A stretch of DNA of 64,000 bases, taken from positions 1-64,000 of IMG/VR virus record IMGVR_UViG_3300009103_000007; one strand, given 5' to 3'. How positions within the stretch are numbered: the stretch's first letter is position 1; every line of letters begins with the position of its first letter. Shown here in pieces: positions 16,158 to 25,094 of the stretch. Under the pieces are notes generated by a model. That model saw only the letters and a list, made by a program, of their open reading frames with translations, made no database searches and was not told where the DNA came from. The DNA comes from a virus. A program made the translations under genes and the position numbers.

Positions 16158-17567
16158 ATGAAGATTAAAGAACTTACGAAAAAATGGGATAAGTTTTTAT
16201 CAGAACAGGAAGAAGAATGGGTGACCATCAAAAATACTCCCACCCATAGGCCTGCACCCACACCTAAATCCGTTGATAAAACTAAATTAAGCAATTTGGG
16301 TTCGGCTGTAGTTGGGAACCTGCATGGCCATCCAATAAAAAAAGGAACCCCATATGGGCTTTTAATTAACGGCGTGGAATTGAAGCCAAATGATAGAATG
16401 ATTCTCGGGAAGAATATGCATGGTAACCAAAAAAGTAATAAATGGGGTACTGTAGAATTATTGCAAGTCATTAAAGCTGGAATAGATCAGGTCCATAAAA
16501 AAGAACAAGAAGATCCAGAATTTTATCACCGACTGAATTTTATGGATATCATGGGTCAGGATTATCCCTACCAAGGCGCCAGCACCACCGATCGGGATCC
16601 AAAAAATATTGAAGTTTTAAGGTTTCTGGGAGTAATACAGGACAAGACAGGTCCATTATATATAGAAGACCTAGCAGAGGCACCCTTTCATACTGGAAAG
16701 GATGGCACTACTTGGCATAGTGGAAAAAATCTTCCAAATCATGGATCACATCAGACTGGCCAAGACGCAGATCTGGGTCTTTATATGCGCCCCGGCGCTG
16801 AGATGAAAGCTAGTTTCCCTCGTAAAGTAACAACAAGAGTATTTAGATACCGCGGCAACAATCGAGCAGTTCATCAATCTAGATTTGCGATATTCAAACA
16901 TGACACTTTGGCTCAGTTATATAGGTCTTATACTGTCCTGCAGCAAGGCTCAAGTGCGATGAGGTCTCTTGGGATGGAGGTTGATCCCGCAATCGAAGAT
17001 GCTCACCGACAAAATGAATACACCAGATTAAAAAAGAAAATAAGAGGAAAGAAACAATTAATGGGAACAATGGATCCAGATAGAACTTGGCAGCTTTTGC
17101 TTGGAATGGTAAATACTGGCTTAGTGCAGGGCATAGTACTTGATCGGTCTCTTTGGCCTGACCTTGAGGCTGCCGCAATCCGCGCCGGCGAAAAAAGTCA
17201 GTGGCGAAGCGTTAGATCAAAGTTGTGGCACGACAAAAAAGGCAATCACAAAAACCACATTCATGTGAGGGTTTATGCGAAATCCTCGGTTGCAAGAGGG
17301 AAGGTCATGACCAAGGAGTTGAAGAAGGACTTTAAAAAGTACAAGAACACTCGGGCATGGGCTAAAGCCAATGCAATCCCAGCGCGCGCTTTTGTCACCA
17401 TGGTCGCCGGCATGCCATGGTTTCAATGGTACCATGGAACTGGAAAGTATGCACCCAAGCCCGCGGGACCTTTGCCAAGTATTTCTACTGGCGGGGAACA
17501 CGGTCCAAAAATTACACAACAAAGAAGCCCACAAAGAAAGAAGAAAATTAGGATTAAGAGCAAATAG
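16158..17567 (+). CDS. mepA: MepA-like (penicillin-insensitive) murein endopeptidase with leader
   Basis: WGTVEL, IEDLA, HGSHQTGQDAD and HKNHIHVR are M74-like Zn motifs. Leader MKIKELTKKWDKFLSE-Q. Confidence 0.75.
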   Translation: MKIKELTKKWDKFLSEQEEEWVTIKNTPTHRPAPTPKSVDKTKLSNLGSAVVGNLHGHPIKKGTPYGLLINGVELKPNDRMILGKNMHGNQKSNKWGTVELLQVIKAGIDQVHKKEQEDPEFYHRLNFMDIMGQDYPYQGASTTDRDPKNIEVLRFLGVIQDKTGPLYIEDLAEAPFHTGKDGTTWHSGKNLPNHGSHQTGQDADLGLYMRPGAEMKASFPRKVTTRVFRYRGNNRAVHQSRFAIFKHDTLAQLYRSYTVLQQGSSAMRSLGMEVDPAIEDAHRQNEYTRLKKKIRGKKQLMGTMDPDRTWQLLLGMVNTGLVQGIVLDRSLWPDLEAAAIRAGEKSQWRSVRSKLWHDKKGNHKNHIHVRVYAKSSVARGKVMTKELKKDFKKYKNTRAWAKANAIPARAFVTMVAGMPWFQWYHGTGKYAPKPAGPLPSISTGGEHGPKITQQRSPQRKKKIRIKSK

Positions 17568-17583
17568 GGAGAGCTGGAATATT

Positions 17584-20577
17584 ATGCTGATGGAAGAAGT
17601 ACTAAGAGTTTGGAGAAAACAGTTTTTATCGGAAGCTAACGAGCCCGGCTCAACACGCTTTTATATGACGCCCGAAGATCAAAATTCTGATTATCCAGCC
17701 GGCTCAACAAGATCTGGTGGCCCAAAGCACGCGCATGGAAAAATTAATTCGAAACAACATAAGAGTTTCTTATCTTTTAATAGTGACGCGTCTGATTATA
17801 AAATCGAAGGCGCCACACATGGAAAAATAAGCCACATGATAAAACATTTTTGGGAATTTGGAGGAGATAAAAAAGCCCGATATGTAGAGTCCGTTCTTCG
17901 ACTTCAAGCAGAAATACGGGATTATATAAAAAAAACTGATAGTGATTCTTCACTTCCAAAGCTTTATTACCACAATGGAAAAAGGGGCACAAGTCAGGTT
18001 TTATCCTACGAAGGTAATGAGTCTTTCGAAGGTGCAAGACACCCCGAAGCACCTTCAACAACTTCTGGTCCGATCATAAGCAACACATTAGACTATATTC
18101 AAGATAAATATCACCACCCTGCCAGTGGCCAACTACAACATAAAGAAGTAGATTGGCTAGAGGGATATGCCAAACCACTTACTGCAATGTATGATCAAAC
18201 TATTCAGGATTACATTAGTGGAGCAATAGTGCTTGCAGATTATTTGGATCCCAAAGATAAAAAGTTTATTGAAGGAGGCCGCGAAAGAATAAAAATGTTC
18301 TGGGAACAGGGCAAAACAATAAAATTTAAAAATTCTTTTCAGGGCCAGCCCACAACTAATTTTTTAAATAAAAAAAGTTGGCTTGTCGCGAATACAGCTC
18401 AAGGCGAAACAGCCACTTTTATGGTTCAGGCTACGAAATTTAAGGGAGATTCTAATGCATCCGCCCCGCCTAACGAAATGAAGCAGACAATCTGTGCGTA
18501 TCTTGCAGGGCCTCACGGCGCAACAGACTTGCACATAGAGACAAAAAGACTGATCTGCGCAATTGATTGTCCGGAAGTTACTGAACCAAGGATGGCTGAT
18601 GGTGTGCCCTTAGTTGGCCAAGATGGCAAGCCTAAATTCCCCGCGGGCAAGCGAGCAGCTTCTCTTGGGGTGGATACATATTGGGATTGTGATGACGACC
18701 CATGTGACCAAGAGGACGCTGAAGAGAGAGAAGCTTGCAAGAAAAAAAATAAGGAAAGGAGGGCCAACGCAGTAGCAAATGCCACCTCCGGCGCCAATTT
18801 GGCCGCAACAGGATCAGAAGAAACAGAACAAAGTACAGCCTCTGATCCTAATCGCCCCCGCGATTCAAAACCCATAGAGGCCAGAGACTCAATTCCCCCA
18901 AAGGAGGTAGCTAAGTGGGTCGCCGCAGGCAGCGCAATAGCTGTGAGTGCTATATATTCTCACAAGATAGTTTCCGCTCTACCGGTGATCGCCCGCCTTT
19001 CTAGGTTTGCGATGGGGGGAGTGGCTTCCTCCTTGGCATCAGTATTTAGATCTTTGGGGATATTATCTCACGTGAAAACAATTCCAGCCAGCCAGTTGGC
19101 TGCAGTTCGCGCCGCGGCAAAAGTGCCCCCAAATAACGTTGTAAGTCTTGCTGCCGCTCGTGCCGCCAAAGCGTCTCAAGCTAGCAAACAAGCCCAACGC
19201 GTCCTACGTGTTCCGGCTCCCAAACATGCTAAGATACTTATGGCTGCACTTGCCGTAGGGATATTTTTCTTTGCAGGAAGCGCCTCTGCAGCTGAAGATG
19301 CAGTTAGACGCACCTCACGCTCTAAACGAAAGAAAAAACAAACAACACCATGTTCGGGCCCGATGACCAAGTATGGCATTAGAAATTGTGGTAACTCAGG
19401 TAATCCCACAAAAGTTGCACAAGCGGTGCGACAATCTGTAATAGATGAACATTTTAAGCTATCATCTGTCTACTTGAATATAATAGAGGATTATGTAACC
19501 ACAGTTGGTTCCCAGTCCCGCGGCATCCACCGCGTTAAAATGGCAGAATCAAGAAACATTGCCGAGGATAAGTCAGGAAAAATAAAAGAAAAGCCAGCGG
19601 ATAGGGCATCCCGACGCCTTCGCAAGTCTACTCGAAAACTGGCTCAAGGAATATTAGATAAATCACTTCCTGGTACCCTATCTTATCCTCAGGGGCCCCC
19701 TGGAGAGTTTAATCCATTTTTTGACAAAGGTGGAAAGTGGGATAAATCCAAAGCTCTTAGGTTTTTTAAGCTTCATGAAAATAAATCACCGTATGTTTTA
19801 TGGGAATATATGATAGAACAAAAATTTATTGACCAAAGTCTGCTTATGAAGATTATAAACAAACTTCTACCATCTCACGGAAAAATAATGGCTGAAATAA
19901 AACCTCACTTATTAAAGATGGACTCTGAATACGGAGTATTGACAATAAAGGATATCCTAGCAGGATCTCAGAAACTTGCTTCTGATAAAAAATTCAAATA
20001 CCCAGAAACGCCCCAAATATTGGGGTTCTTTCAGTACCAATATATGATTTCTTTAAAGAAATCAAGGCACGTACTAGTTTCTAAGAACGTGGCCCTTAGT
20101 GCATTGAGGGCAATCAAGAATCTTAAAAATGTCCCACAGGAAATACAGGGGAGTAAATATGTGGAAATTTTTAGAGAAGCGGCTCAAAATGGTCTTGCTG
20201 AGGCTGACTCCGGAGCAATCGTGGCTTGGATCTGGGATTTGTCAAGAGCAATGGAAATTAAACAAAATATCCCCCCAGCTCAGCACGAGAAAATTCGCCT
20301 CCATGGTTTTAAGGCAGCTGTTCGGACTTTCTTTCATTCTCCCAAAAACATTGTTGAAAATGATAATATTGTGCCAAAAATCTTAAATTCAATAAACGAA
20401 AGAAACAGATACAAATTAGGATCCCCCGAGGCGAAAGAAGAGCTTCGAAGAAAAGCTGCAGCTCAAATGAAGCGCGCCAAAGCCGCGGCCGAAGCTGAAT
20501 CTCGAAAACCACGCGTCAACGAGGCTCTTTTTGAAAAAAAGATAAATTTGAAAATCAAAACACAAAACACTATTTAA
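17584..20577 (+). CDS. Large (~997 aa) protein with leader and hydrophobic Ala-rich segments
   Basis: Start moved to ATG 17584 (after the upstream stop, GGGAG SD). Leader MLMEEVLRVWRKQFLSE-A. Confidence 0.7.
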   Translation: MLMEEVLRVWRKQFLSEANEPGSTRFYMTPEDQNSDYPAGSTRSGGPKHAHGKINSKQHKSFLSFNSDASDYKIEGATHGKISHMIKHFWEFGGDKKARYVESVLRLQAEIRDYIKKTDSDSSLPKLYYHNGKRGTSQVLSYEGNESFEGARHPEAPSTTSGPIISNTLDYIQDKYHHPASGQLQHKEVDWLEGYAKPLTAMYDQTIQDYISGAIVLADYLDPKDKKFIEGGRERIKMFWEQGKTIKFKNSFQGQPTTNFLNKKSWLVANTAQGETATFMVQATKFKGDSNASAPPNEMKQTICAYLAGPHGATDLHIETKRLICAIDCPEVTEPRMADGVPLVGQDGKPKFPAGKRAASLGVDTYWDCDDDPCDQEDAEEREACKKKNKERRANAVANATSGANLAATGSEETEQSTASDPNRPRDSKPIEARDSIPPKEVAKWVAAGSAIAVSAIYSHKIVSALPVIARLSRFAMGGVASSLASVFRSLGILSHVKTIPASQLAAVRAAAKVPPNNVVSLAAARAAKASQASKQAQRVLRVPAPKHAKILMAALAVGIFFFAGSASAAEDAVRRTSRSKRKKKQTTPCSGPMTKYGIRNCGNSGNPTKVAQAVRQSVIDEHFKLSSVYLNIIEDYVTTVGSQSRGIHRVKMAESRNIAEDKSGKIKEKPADRASRRLRKSTRKLAQGILDKSLPGTLSYPQGPPGEFNPFFDKGGKWDKSKALRFFKLHENKSPYVLWEYMIEQKFIDQSLLMKIINKLLPSHGKIMAEIKPHLLKMDSEYGVLTIKDILAGSQKLASDKKFKYPETPQILGFFQYQYMISLKKSRHVLVSKNVALSALRAIKNLKNVPQEIQGSKYVEIFREAAQNGLAEADSGAIVAWIWDLSRAMEIKQNIPPAQHEKIRLHGFKAAVRTFFHSPKNIVENDNIVPKILNSINERNRYKLGSPEAKEELRRKAAAQMKRAKAAAEAESRKPRVNEALFEKKINLKIKTQNTI
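20569..20576 (+). promoter_or_regulatory. Putative late-promoter motif ACTATTTA
   Basis: 4 nt before ATG 20581. Confidence 0.5.
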
Positions 20578-20580
20578 AAT

Positions 20581-20745
20581 ATGAAAACATGCATGGTTTG
20601 TAATGGTCCGGCTAAATTTGTAATACAATGGGGCCCCCAACCAGATCAGAAAGAATATGTCTGCTCTCTGCATTTAGCAGAGGTGGTGGACAAAATGCCA
20701 GCAATTGAATTTTTTTGTGTAAAGATACAAAAAACAAATCCATAG
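20581..20745 (+). CDS. 54-aa putative zinc-binding microprotein
   Basis: MKTCMVC...YVCSLH... (CxxC plus CxxH). Not in the ORF track. Confidence 0.55.
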   Translation: MKTCMVCNGPAKFVIQWGPQPDQKEYVCSLHLAEVVDKMPAIEFFCVKIQKTNP

Positions 20746-20766
20746 ACTTGTCTTTGGGAATTTATA

Positions 20767-20795
20767 TTGACTTGCTAAAAGAAAGATGTTAATAT
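20767..20795 (+). promoter_or_regulatory. sigma70-like promoter
   Basis: TTGACT-17 nt-TAATAT with a TGn extension. Confidence 0.65.
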
Positions 20796-20819
20796 GTGTA
20801 TATAAAAAGAGGTTTGATA

Positions 20820-21002
20820 GTGTATAAATTTAATATTGCATTTTACAATCAAAAAGAAGATTCGTGGGTTACGAAAACTGTTTCAAAGCTCACTTTTGCT
20901 GAGGCTGCCCGCTCAGCCTACATGCTGCGCTCTAACATGGGATTTGATTGGGAGATACGTTCTGTTTCGTCTCTTGAGAAGACAAACGTTGAGATAAAAT
21001 GA
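20820..21002 (+). CDS. Hypothetical protein
   Basis: GTG start after an AGAGG SD, 60 aa. Confidence 0.55.
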   Translation: MYKFNIAFYNQKEDSWVTKTVSKLTFAEAARSAYMLRSNMGFDWEIRSVSSLEKTNVEIK

Positions 21003-21020
21003 TGATTGAGGGTCCCAAAC

Positions 21021-21623
21021 GTGCTGCATATAATTGGAAAAATACCGAAAAGGGTAACTGTCGCATGCTCCGGAGGCCTCGACTCTGTGGCCGTAGTAGA
21101 TTTTTTATTAAAGGGTAAGCGTAAGGTTGATTTATTATATTTTAATCACGATACTCTGCATGGCCGCAAGGCAGAAGAGTTTGTAAAAAAACTAGCCGGT
21201 ACCCGAGGCTTGACTCTACTTATTGGTAGAGTCCGAGGTACGCGAGGCTCAAGATCATTAGAAGAATTTTGGAGAGATGAAAGGTATGATTTCTTCGGTA
21301 CTGTCAGGAGTCCTTTTATTATCACTTGTCATCACTTGGATGATGCTGTAGAAACATGGCTGATGTCCTCGTTTAATGGGTCTCCAAAACTCATACCCTA
21401 CCATCGTCCTCCAAATATTTACCGGCCATTTCTATTGACAAAAAGATCACAACTGGAAGACTACGCCCATAGAAAGAATCTTGATTGGATAGACGATCCA
21501 TCAAATATTTCAACTGCTCACGCGAGAAATTATGTAAGACACCAGATCGTGCCCCACGTTTTAAAGATTAACCCAGGCATAAGAAAGACGATAAAAAAGA
21601 AACTGATTGAAATATATCGGTAA
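21021..21623 (+). CDS. tilS: Compact tRNA(Ile)-lysidine synthetase (PP-loop domain only)
   Basis: ACSGGLDS PP-loop, FNH, ERY, HHLDDAVET, DPSN, RNYVR. Adjacent to a CAU tRNA. Start (GTG 21021 or TTG 21006) uncertain. Confidence 0.85.
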   Translation: MLHIIGKIPKRVTVACSGGLDSVAVVDFLLKGKRKVDLLYFNHDTLHGRKAEEFVKKLAGTRGLTLLIGRVRGTRGSRSLEEFWRDERYDFFGTVRSPFIITCHHLDDAVETWLMSSFNGSPKLIPYHRPPNIYRPFLLTKRSQLEDYAHRKNLDWIDDPSNISTAHARNYVRHQIVPHVLKINPGIRKTIKKKLIEIYR

Positions 21624-21645
21624 ATTTGATATAGTATATTTATAC

Positions 21646-21719
21646 GGGCCCTTAGCTCAATAGGTCAGAGCATCCGGCTCATAACCGGCAGGTTCGCGGT
21701 TCAAGTCCGCGAGGGCCCA
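21646..21719 (+). tRNA. tRNA with CAT anticodon, most likely tRNA-Ile2
   Basis: Cloverleaf: GGGCCCT/AGGGCCC acceptor, GCTC/GAGC D-stem, CTCATAA loop, CGCGG-TTCAAGT-CCGCG T-arm. C4-G69 and C5-G68 present. U27.C43 mismatch. No encoded CCA. Confidence 0.9.
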
Positions 21720-21738
21720 CTAAAATAAAGGAGTAGAT

Positions 21739-22368
21739 ATGAGAGATTGTTTTTGGGGCAATAAAGAAGATGGTGGCCCCATCACCATACACGAAGCAGC
21801 AAGTGAGACTCAGGGCCCTCCCATGGAGGACAACAATGTTGTGGAGGTGGTTAACAACAGAATTTATTTTTATTCTGGCGTAACACGACCAAAAATTTTG
21901 AAATTAAACAAGGGCATCTATAGTTTGAATGCCAACATGTTAGGAAAGTCAATGGCACTGGAATATGAACCGCCCCCGATTAAACTTCACATCAACAGTT
22001 ATGGCGGATCCGTCTTCGCTGGCCTTTCTGCAGTTGACTATATTAAAAATTCCAGAATCCCTGTACATTCTTGCATCGACGGTTGCGCTGCCTCGGCCGC
22101 AACTTTGATGTCCGTCGTGGCTGAAAGAAGGTTTATGCACCGGAATGCCTGCATGTTGGTGCACCAATTATCTGGGATGATGTGGGGAAAGTTCCAAGAA
22201 ATGCAGGATGATATGCAAAACTCAGAAATGCTCATGGAAAAAATAAAGAATATTTACAAACAGCACACAAAAATACCTAAACGCGAGATGGATAAGATTT
22301 TGAAGCATGATATATGGTGGGAAGCCGAAAAATGTTTAGAATATGGCCTAGTGGACGAATTAATTTAG
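21739..22368 (+). CDS. clpP: ClpP-like protease
   Basis: INSYGGSV, AASAA (Ser), LVHQ (His), HDIWW (Asp). Confidence 0.85.
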   Translation: MRDCFWGNKEDGGPITIHEAASETQGPPMEDNNVVEVVNNRIYFYSGVTRPKILKLNKGIYSLNANMLGKSMALEYEPPPIKLHINSYGGSVFAGLSAVDYIKNSRIPVHSCIDGCAASAATLMSVVAERRFMHRNACMLVHQLSGMMWGKFQEMQDDMQNSEMLMEKIKNIYKQHTKIPKREMDKILKHDIWWEAEKCLEYGLVDELI

Positions 22369-22378
22369 GGTTTTAATT

Positions 22379-22669
22379 ATGGCACGCAGGAAAAGTAAAG
22401 AATTAACACTTGATGAGTCGAAAGAAATTATAGCAAAACATGCATCCGGCGACGAGATGCTAGATTATAGAAATCACAGAAAATACCACTCAAAACCAAA
22501 TGTATTTAGGTTTACGGTTAGTGTTTTGTCTCTTGATTTTATTATTTCCCTAATGGAGGAAGAAGCAATTAAAAATGTTTATTGGACAGCATCAGTGCCC
22601 CCGCCGGGCGGTTCGGTAGACAGTATATCATTAAGATATAAGATATTTGTAGAGCACTATTTGGTTTGA
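22379..22669 (+). CDS. Hypothetical protein
   Basis: 96-aa ORF, convergent with the next gene. Confidence 0.55.
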   Translation: MARRKSKELTLDESKEIIAKHASGDEMLDYRNHRKYHSKPNVFRFTVSVLSLDFIISLMEEEAIKNVYWTASVPPPGGSVDSISLRYKIFVEHYLV

Positions 22670-23400
22670 TTATTTTTTAAGATCTTTTTCGCAACATTTA
22701 AAAAATCTTTGGTGATTTCGTGATTTGTTATAAGTGTCACGTTGGGAAAATGCATATGTACAGCAAATATGACACCCACTATTTGGTACTTTAAATTTAA
22801 TACTGGGCCCCCACTTGATCCCGGGGAAGAAGGAACAGTAACTATGGATGTGGTAACATCCTTATTGCCAGAAAACACACCTTTAAAAATAGGCACGGTC
22901 GGCGGATGATAAACACCGTATGGAGATGACATAGCTATAACATCGTCTCCAATTTTTGGCGCCGACCTTGAAAAGGCGATTTTTGGAACATTTAAAGATT
23001 TGGATTCTAAAATACATAGGTCTGCAGTTGTGCCGGTATGGAGTGTGTAGAGCACAATATCAGCTTTATGTTCGGAGTTGTTGTAATCTAAAATAGAGAT
23101 CTCCATTTCTATTTTCTTGATATTATCAGGTACGTTTTTTAAGTTAGAGTCACATATATGTCCCGCAGTTAATATAGTGTTATGTTGCCTCGTCAGCTGT
23201 ACAGCTAGGCCGCTGGCAGTCCATCGCAATTCTTCTTGGGTGCATTTTTTTGTTTTTTCTGAGCATTTTAAAATTTTTATAAGTTTGGTTATTTTTACAA
23301 AAGATTTTGTTGGGATTTCTGCTCTCCCTCTTGAACAGCAGGTAAGTGGCGGCGCCATAAAGACAGTTATAAGTAAGAAATTTAAAAAAAGTTTCTTCAT
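22657..23400 (-). CDS. Trypsin-like (S1) serine protease with N-terminal signal/anchor
   Basis: LTAGH, DLCIL, GSSGGPV triad motifs. Only credible minus-strand gene. Confidence 0.85.
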   Translation of the reverse strand: MKKLFLNFLLITVFMAPPLTCCSRGRAEIPTKSFVKITKLIKILKCSEKTKKCTQEELRWTASGLAVQLTRQHNTILTAGHICDSNLKNVPDNIKKIEMEISILDYNNSEHKADIVLYTLHTGTTADLCILESKSLNVPKIAFSRSAPKIGDDVIAMSSPYGVYHPPTVPIFKGVFSGNKDVTTSIVTVPSSPGSSGGPVLNLKYQIVGVIFAVHMHFPNVTLITNHEITKDFLNVAKKILKNNQTK

Positions 23401-23432
23401 CTAAAGTAACTATATACTAAGGAATACTTTTT

Positions 23433-23461
23433 TTGAAAGAAGAAGTAAAATGTGGTAAAAT
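23433..23461 (+). promoter_or_regulatory. sigma70-like promoter
   Basis: TTGAAA-17 nt-TAAAAT with a TGn extension, before phoH. Confidence 0.55.
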
Positions 23462-23481
23462 GATAAAAAAGAGAGGTATTC

Positions 23482-24792
23482 TTGGCTAAAAAAATATATG
23501 TTTTAGATACAAGTGTTTATTTAACAGACTCAAACTGTATTGCTGCATTTGGTAATAATGATATAGTTGTGCCACTTAAGGTGCTTGATGAGATTGACAA
23601 ACACAAAAAGAGGCAGGATACTGTCGGCAGCCATTCACGTAAAATAATAAGAAAATTAGACACTCTTAGGTCGAAAGGGAACTTATCTCAAGGGGTGAGA
23701 ATAGAAAAGGGCAAAGGGATTTTGACAGTCAAGAGTTACAATCCTTTCGCCTGTCCAGATGATTTGGATTTAGAAGATTCTGATAATCAAATTATTGCGA
23801 CTGCACTTTCCGAAAGAGAATCTTCAGATCGAAAGGTAATAGTTGTCTCTCGCGACATAAACATGAGAGTCAAATGTGACTCTTTGGGATTGATGACAGA
23901 AGATTACAATTTTGAACAAGTTGTTGCGGAAGCGGATGGGCTATATAATGGATTAACTGGGCACCTCGTCGACGATCAAATAATCGATAATTTTTATGAA
24001 AATGGTTCATTTCAAGTAAGCAAGGAAGAGCTTAAATTATTCCCTAATCAATACATTATGCTGATATCGAACTCTAATGAAAAAAAGACAGCTTTGGGGA
24101 AATTTAAAGATTATAATTTTCCAATTTTAAAATTTTCAGCAAAGAATGAAAAGATTTGGGGCCTCAGGCCAAGAAACAAAGAACAAGCATTTGGTCTAGA
24201 CCTGCTAATGAATCCAGATATCCCCATTGTCACTCTTGTTGGAAAGGCAGGCTCGGGGAAAACACTCCTTGCCCTCGCCGCCGGCTTAGAGCAGACTTTC
24301 GGTCCCTCCCCGCGCTATAAGAAAATCGTAGTTACGAAACCAGTAGAGCCCGTCGGGAAGGATATAGGTTTCTTGCCAGGTACTTTGCAAGAAAAAATGT
24401 TGCCATGGCTAGCTCCCATCCAAGATAATTTACAATACCTGATGGGAAACGATAAGATGACCCTTGATATGTATATAGAGGAGGGGAAAATAGAGGTCGA
24501 GGCCATGACCTATATACGCGGCCGCTCGATATCTAACGCGTTTATAGTAATTGACGAAGTACAGAACATGACTCAACATGAGATAAAGACTGTTTTGACT
24601 AGAGTGGGTGAAGGAACAAAGATAGTTTTGACTGGCGATATAGAGCAGATTGATAATGTTTATATTGATGAAACCAACAACGGATTGACATATGTTGTAG
24701 AGAAACTTAAAGAAGAAAACCTAACGGGACACATAACACTAATGAAGGGAGAAAGATCGGCCGTAGCAACCATGGCCGCATTAAAATTATAG
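23482..24792 (+). CDS. phoH: PIN-PhoH (PhoH2/YlaK-like) protein
   Basis: VLDTSV PIN start, GKAGSGKT Walker A, IGFLPG, YIRGRS, IDEVQN, GDIEQID. Confidence 0.92.
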   Translation: MAKKIYVLDTSVYLTDSNCIAAFGNNDIVVPLKVLDEIDKHKKRQDTVGSHSRKIIRKLDTLRSKGNLSQGVRIEKGKGILTVKSYNPFACPDDLDLEDSDNQIIATALSERESSDRKVIVVSRDINMRVKCDSLGLMTEDYNFEQVVAEADGLYNGLTGHLVDDQIIDNFYENGSFQVSKEELKLFPNQYIMLISNSNEKKTALGKFKDYNFPILKFSAKNEKIWGLRPRNKEQAFGLDLLMNPDIPIVTLVGKAGSGKTLLALAAGLEQTFGPSPRYKKIVVTKPVEPVGKDIGFLPGTLQEKMLPWLAPIQDNLQYLMGNDKMTLDMYIEEGKIEVEAMTYIRGRSISNAFIVIDEVQNMTQHEIKTVLTRVGEGTKIVLTGDIEQIDNVYIDETNNGLTYVVEKLKEENLTGHITLMKGERSAVATMAALKL

Positions 24793-24794
24793 AT

Positions 24795-25094
24795 ATGAAT
24801 ATGATAAAGCAAAACGAAGAAGCTAAAAAGGTATTAACACTGGGAGACTCTAAATTGAAAGATTTGATAGTAGACTATGTGGGTGAAAAGACTAATCCAG
24901 AAAATGATGAGGTCACTGTAGAGAGAGTAATCGAGGTAATCGCCGATGAGTTTCCGGAATTTTTACTTGTTGTGGCAGAAGAGAACTGGATTAGTGGCTA
25001 CACGCAGGCGCTAAGCGATGTAGAGTTTGTTAGCGCACGAAGAGTGGAGGACCAAGACGATGCCATCAACGATGATCAATCGGATGAGAAATAA
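24795..25094 (+). CDS. Hypothetical protein
   Basis: 99-aa acidic ORF in operon context. Confidence 0.6.
   Translation: MNMIKQNEEAKKVLTLGDSKLKDLIVDYVGEKTNPENDEVTVERVIEVIADEFPEFLLVVAEENWISGYTQALSDVEFVSARRVEDQDDAINDDQSDEK

Noticed and set aside
17371-17583. N-terminal extension of the 1068-aa ORF
   Set aside because: Overlaps the mepA-like gene by about 200 nt. The SD and leader motif support ATG 17584.
21646-21719. tRNA-Met assignment
   Set aside because: G1-C72 pairing excludes initiator tRNA. Adjacent tilS and C4-G69/C5-G68 favour Ile2, though elongator Met is not fully excluded.
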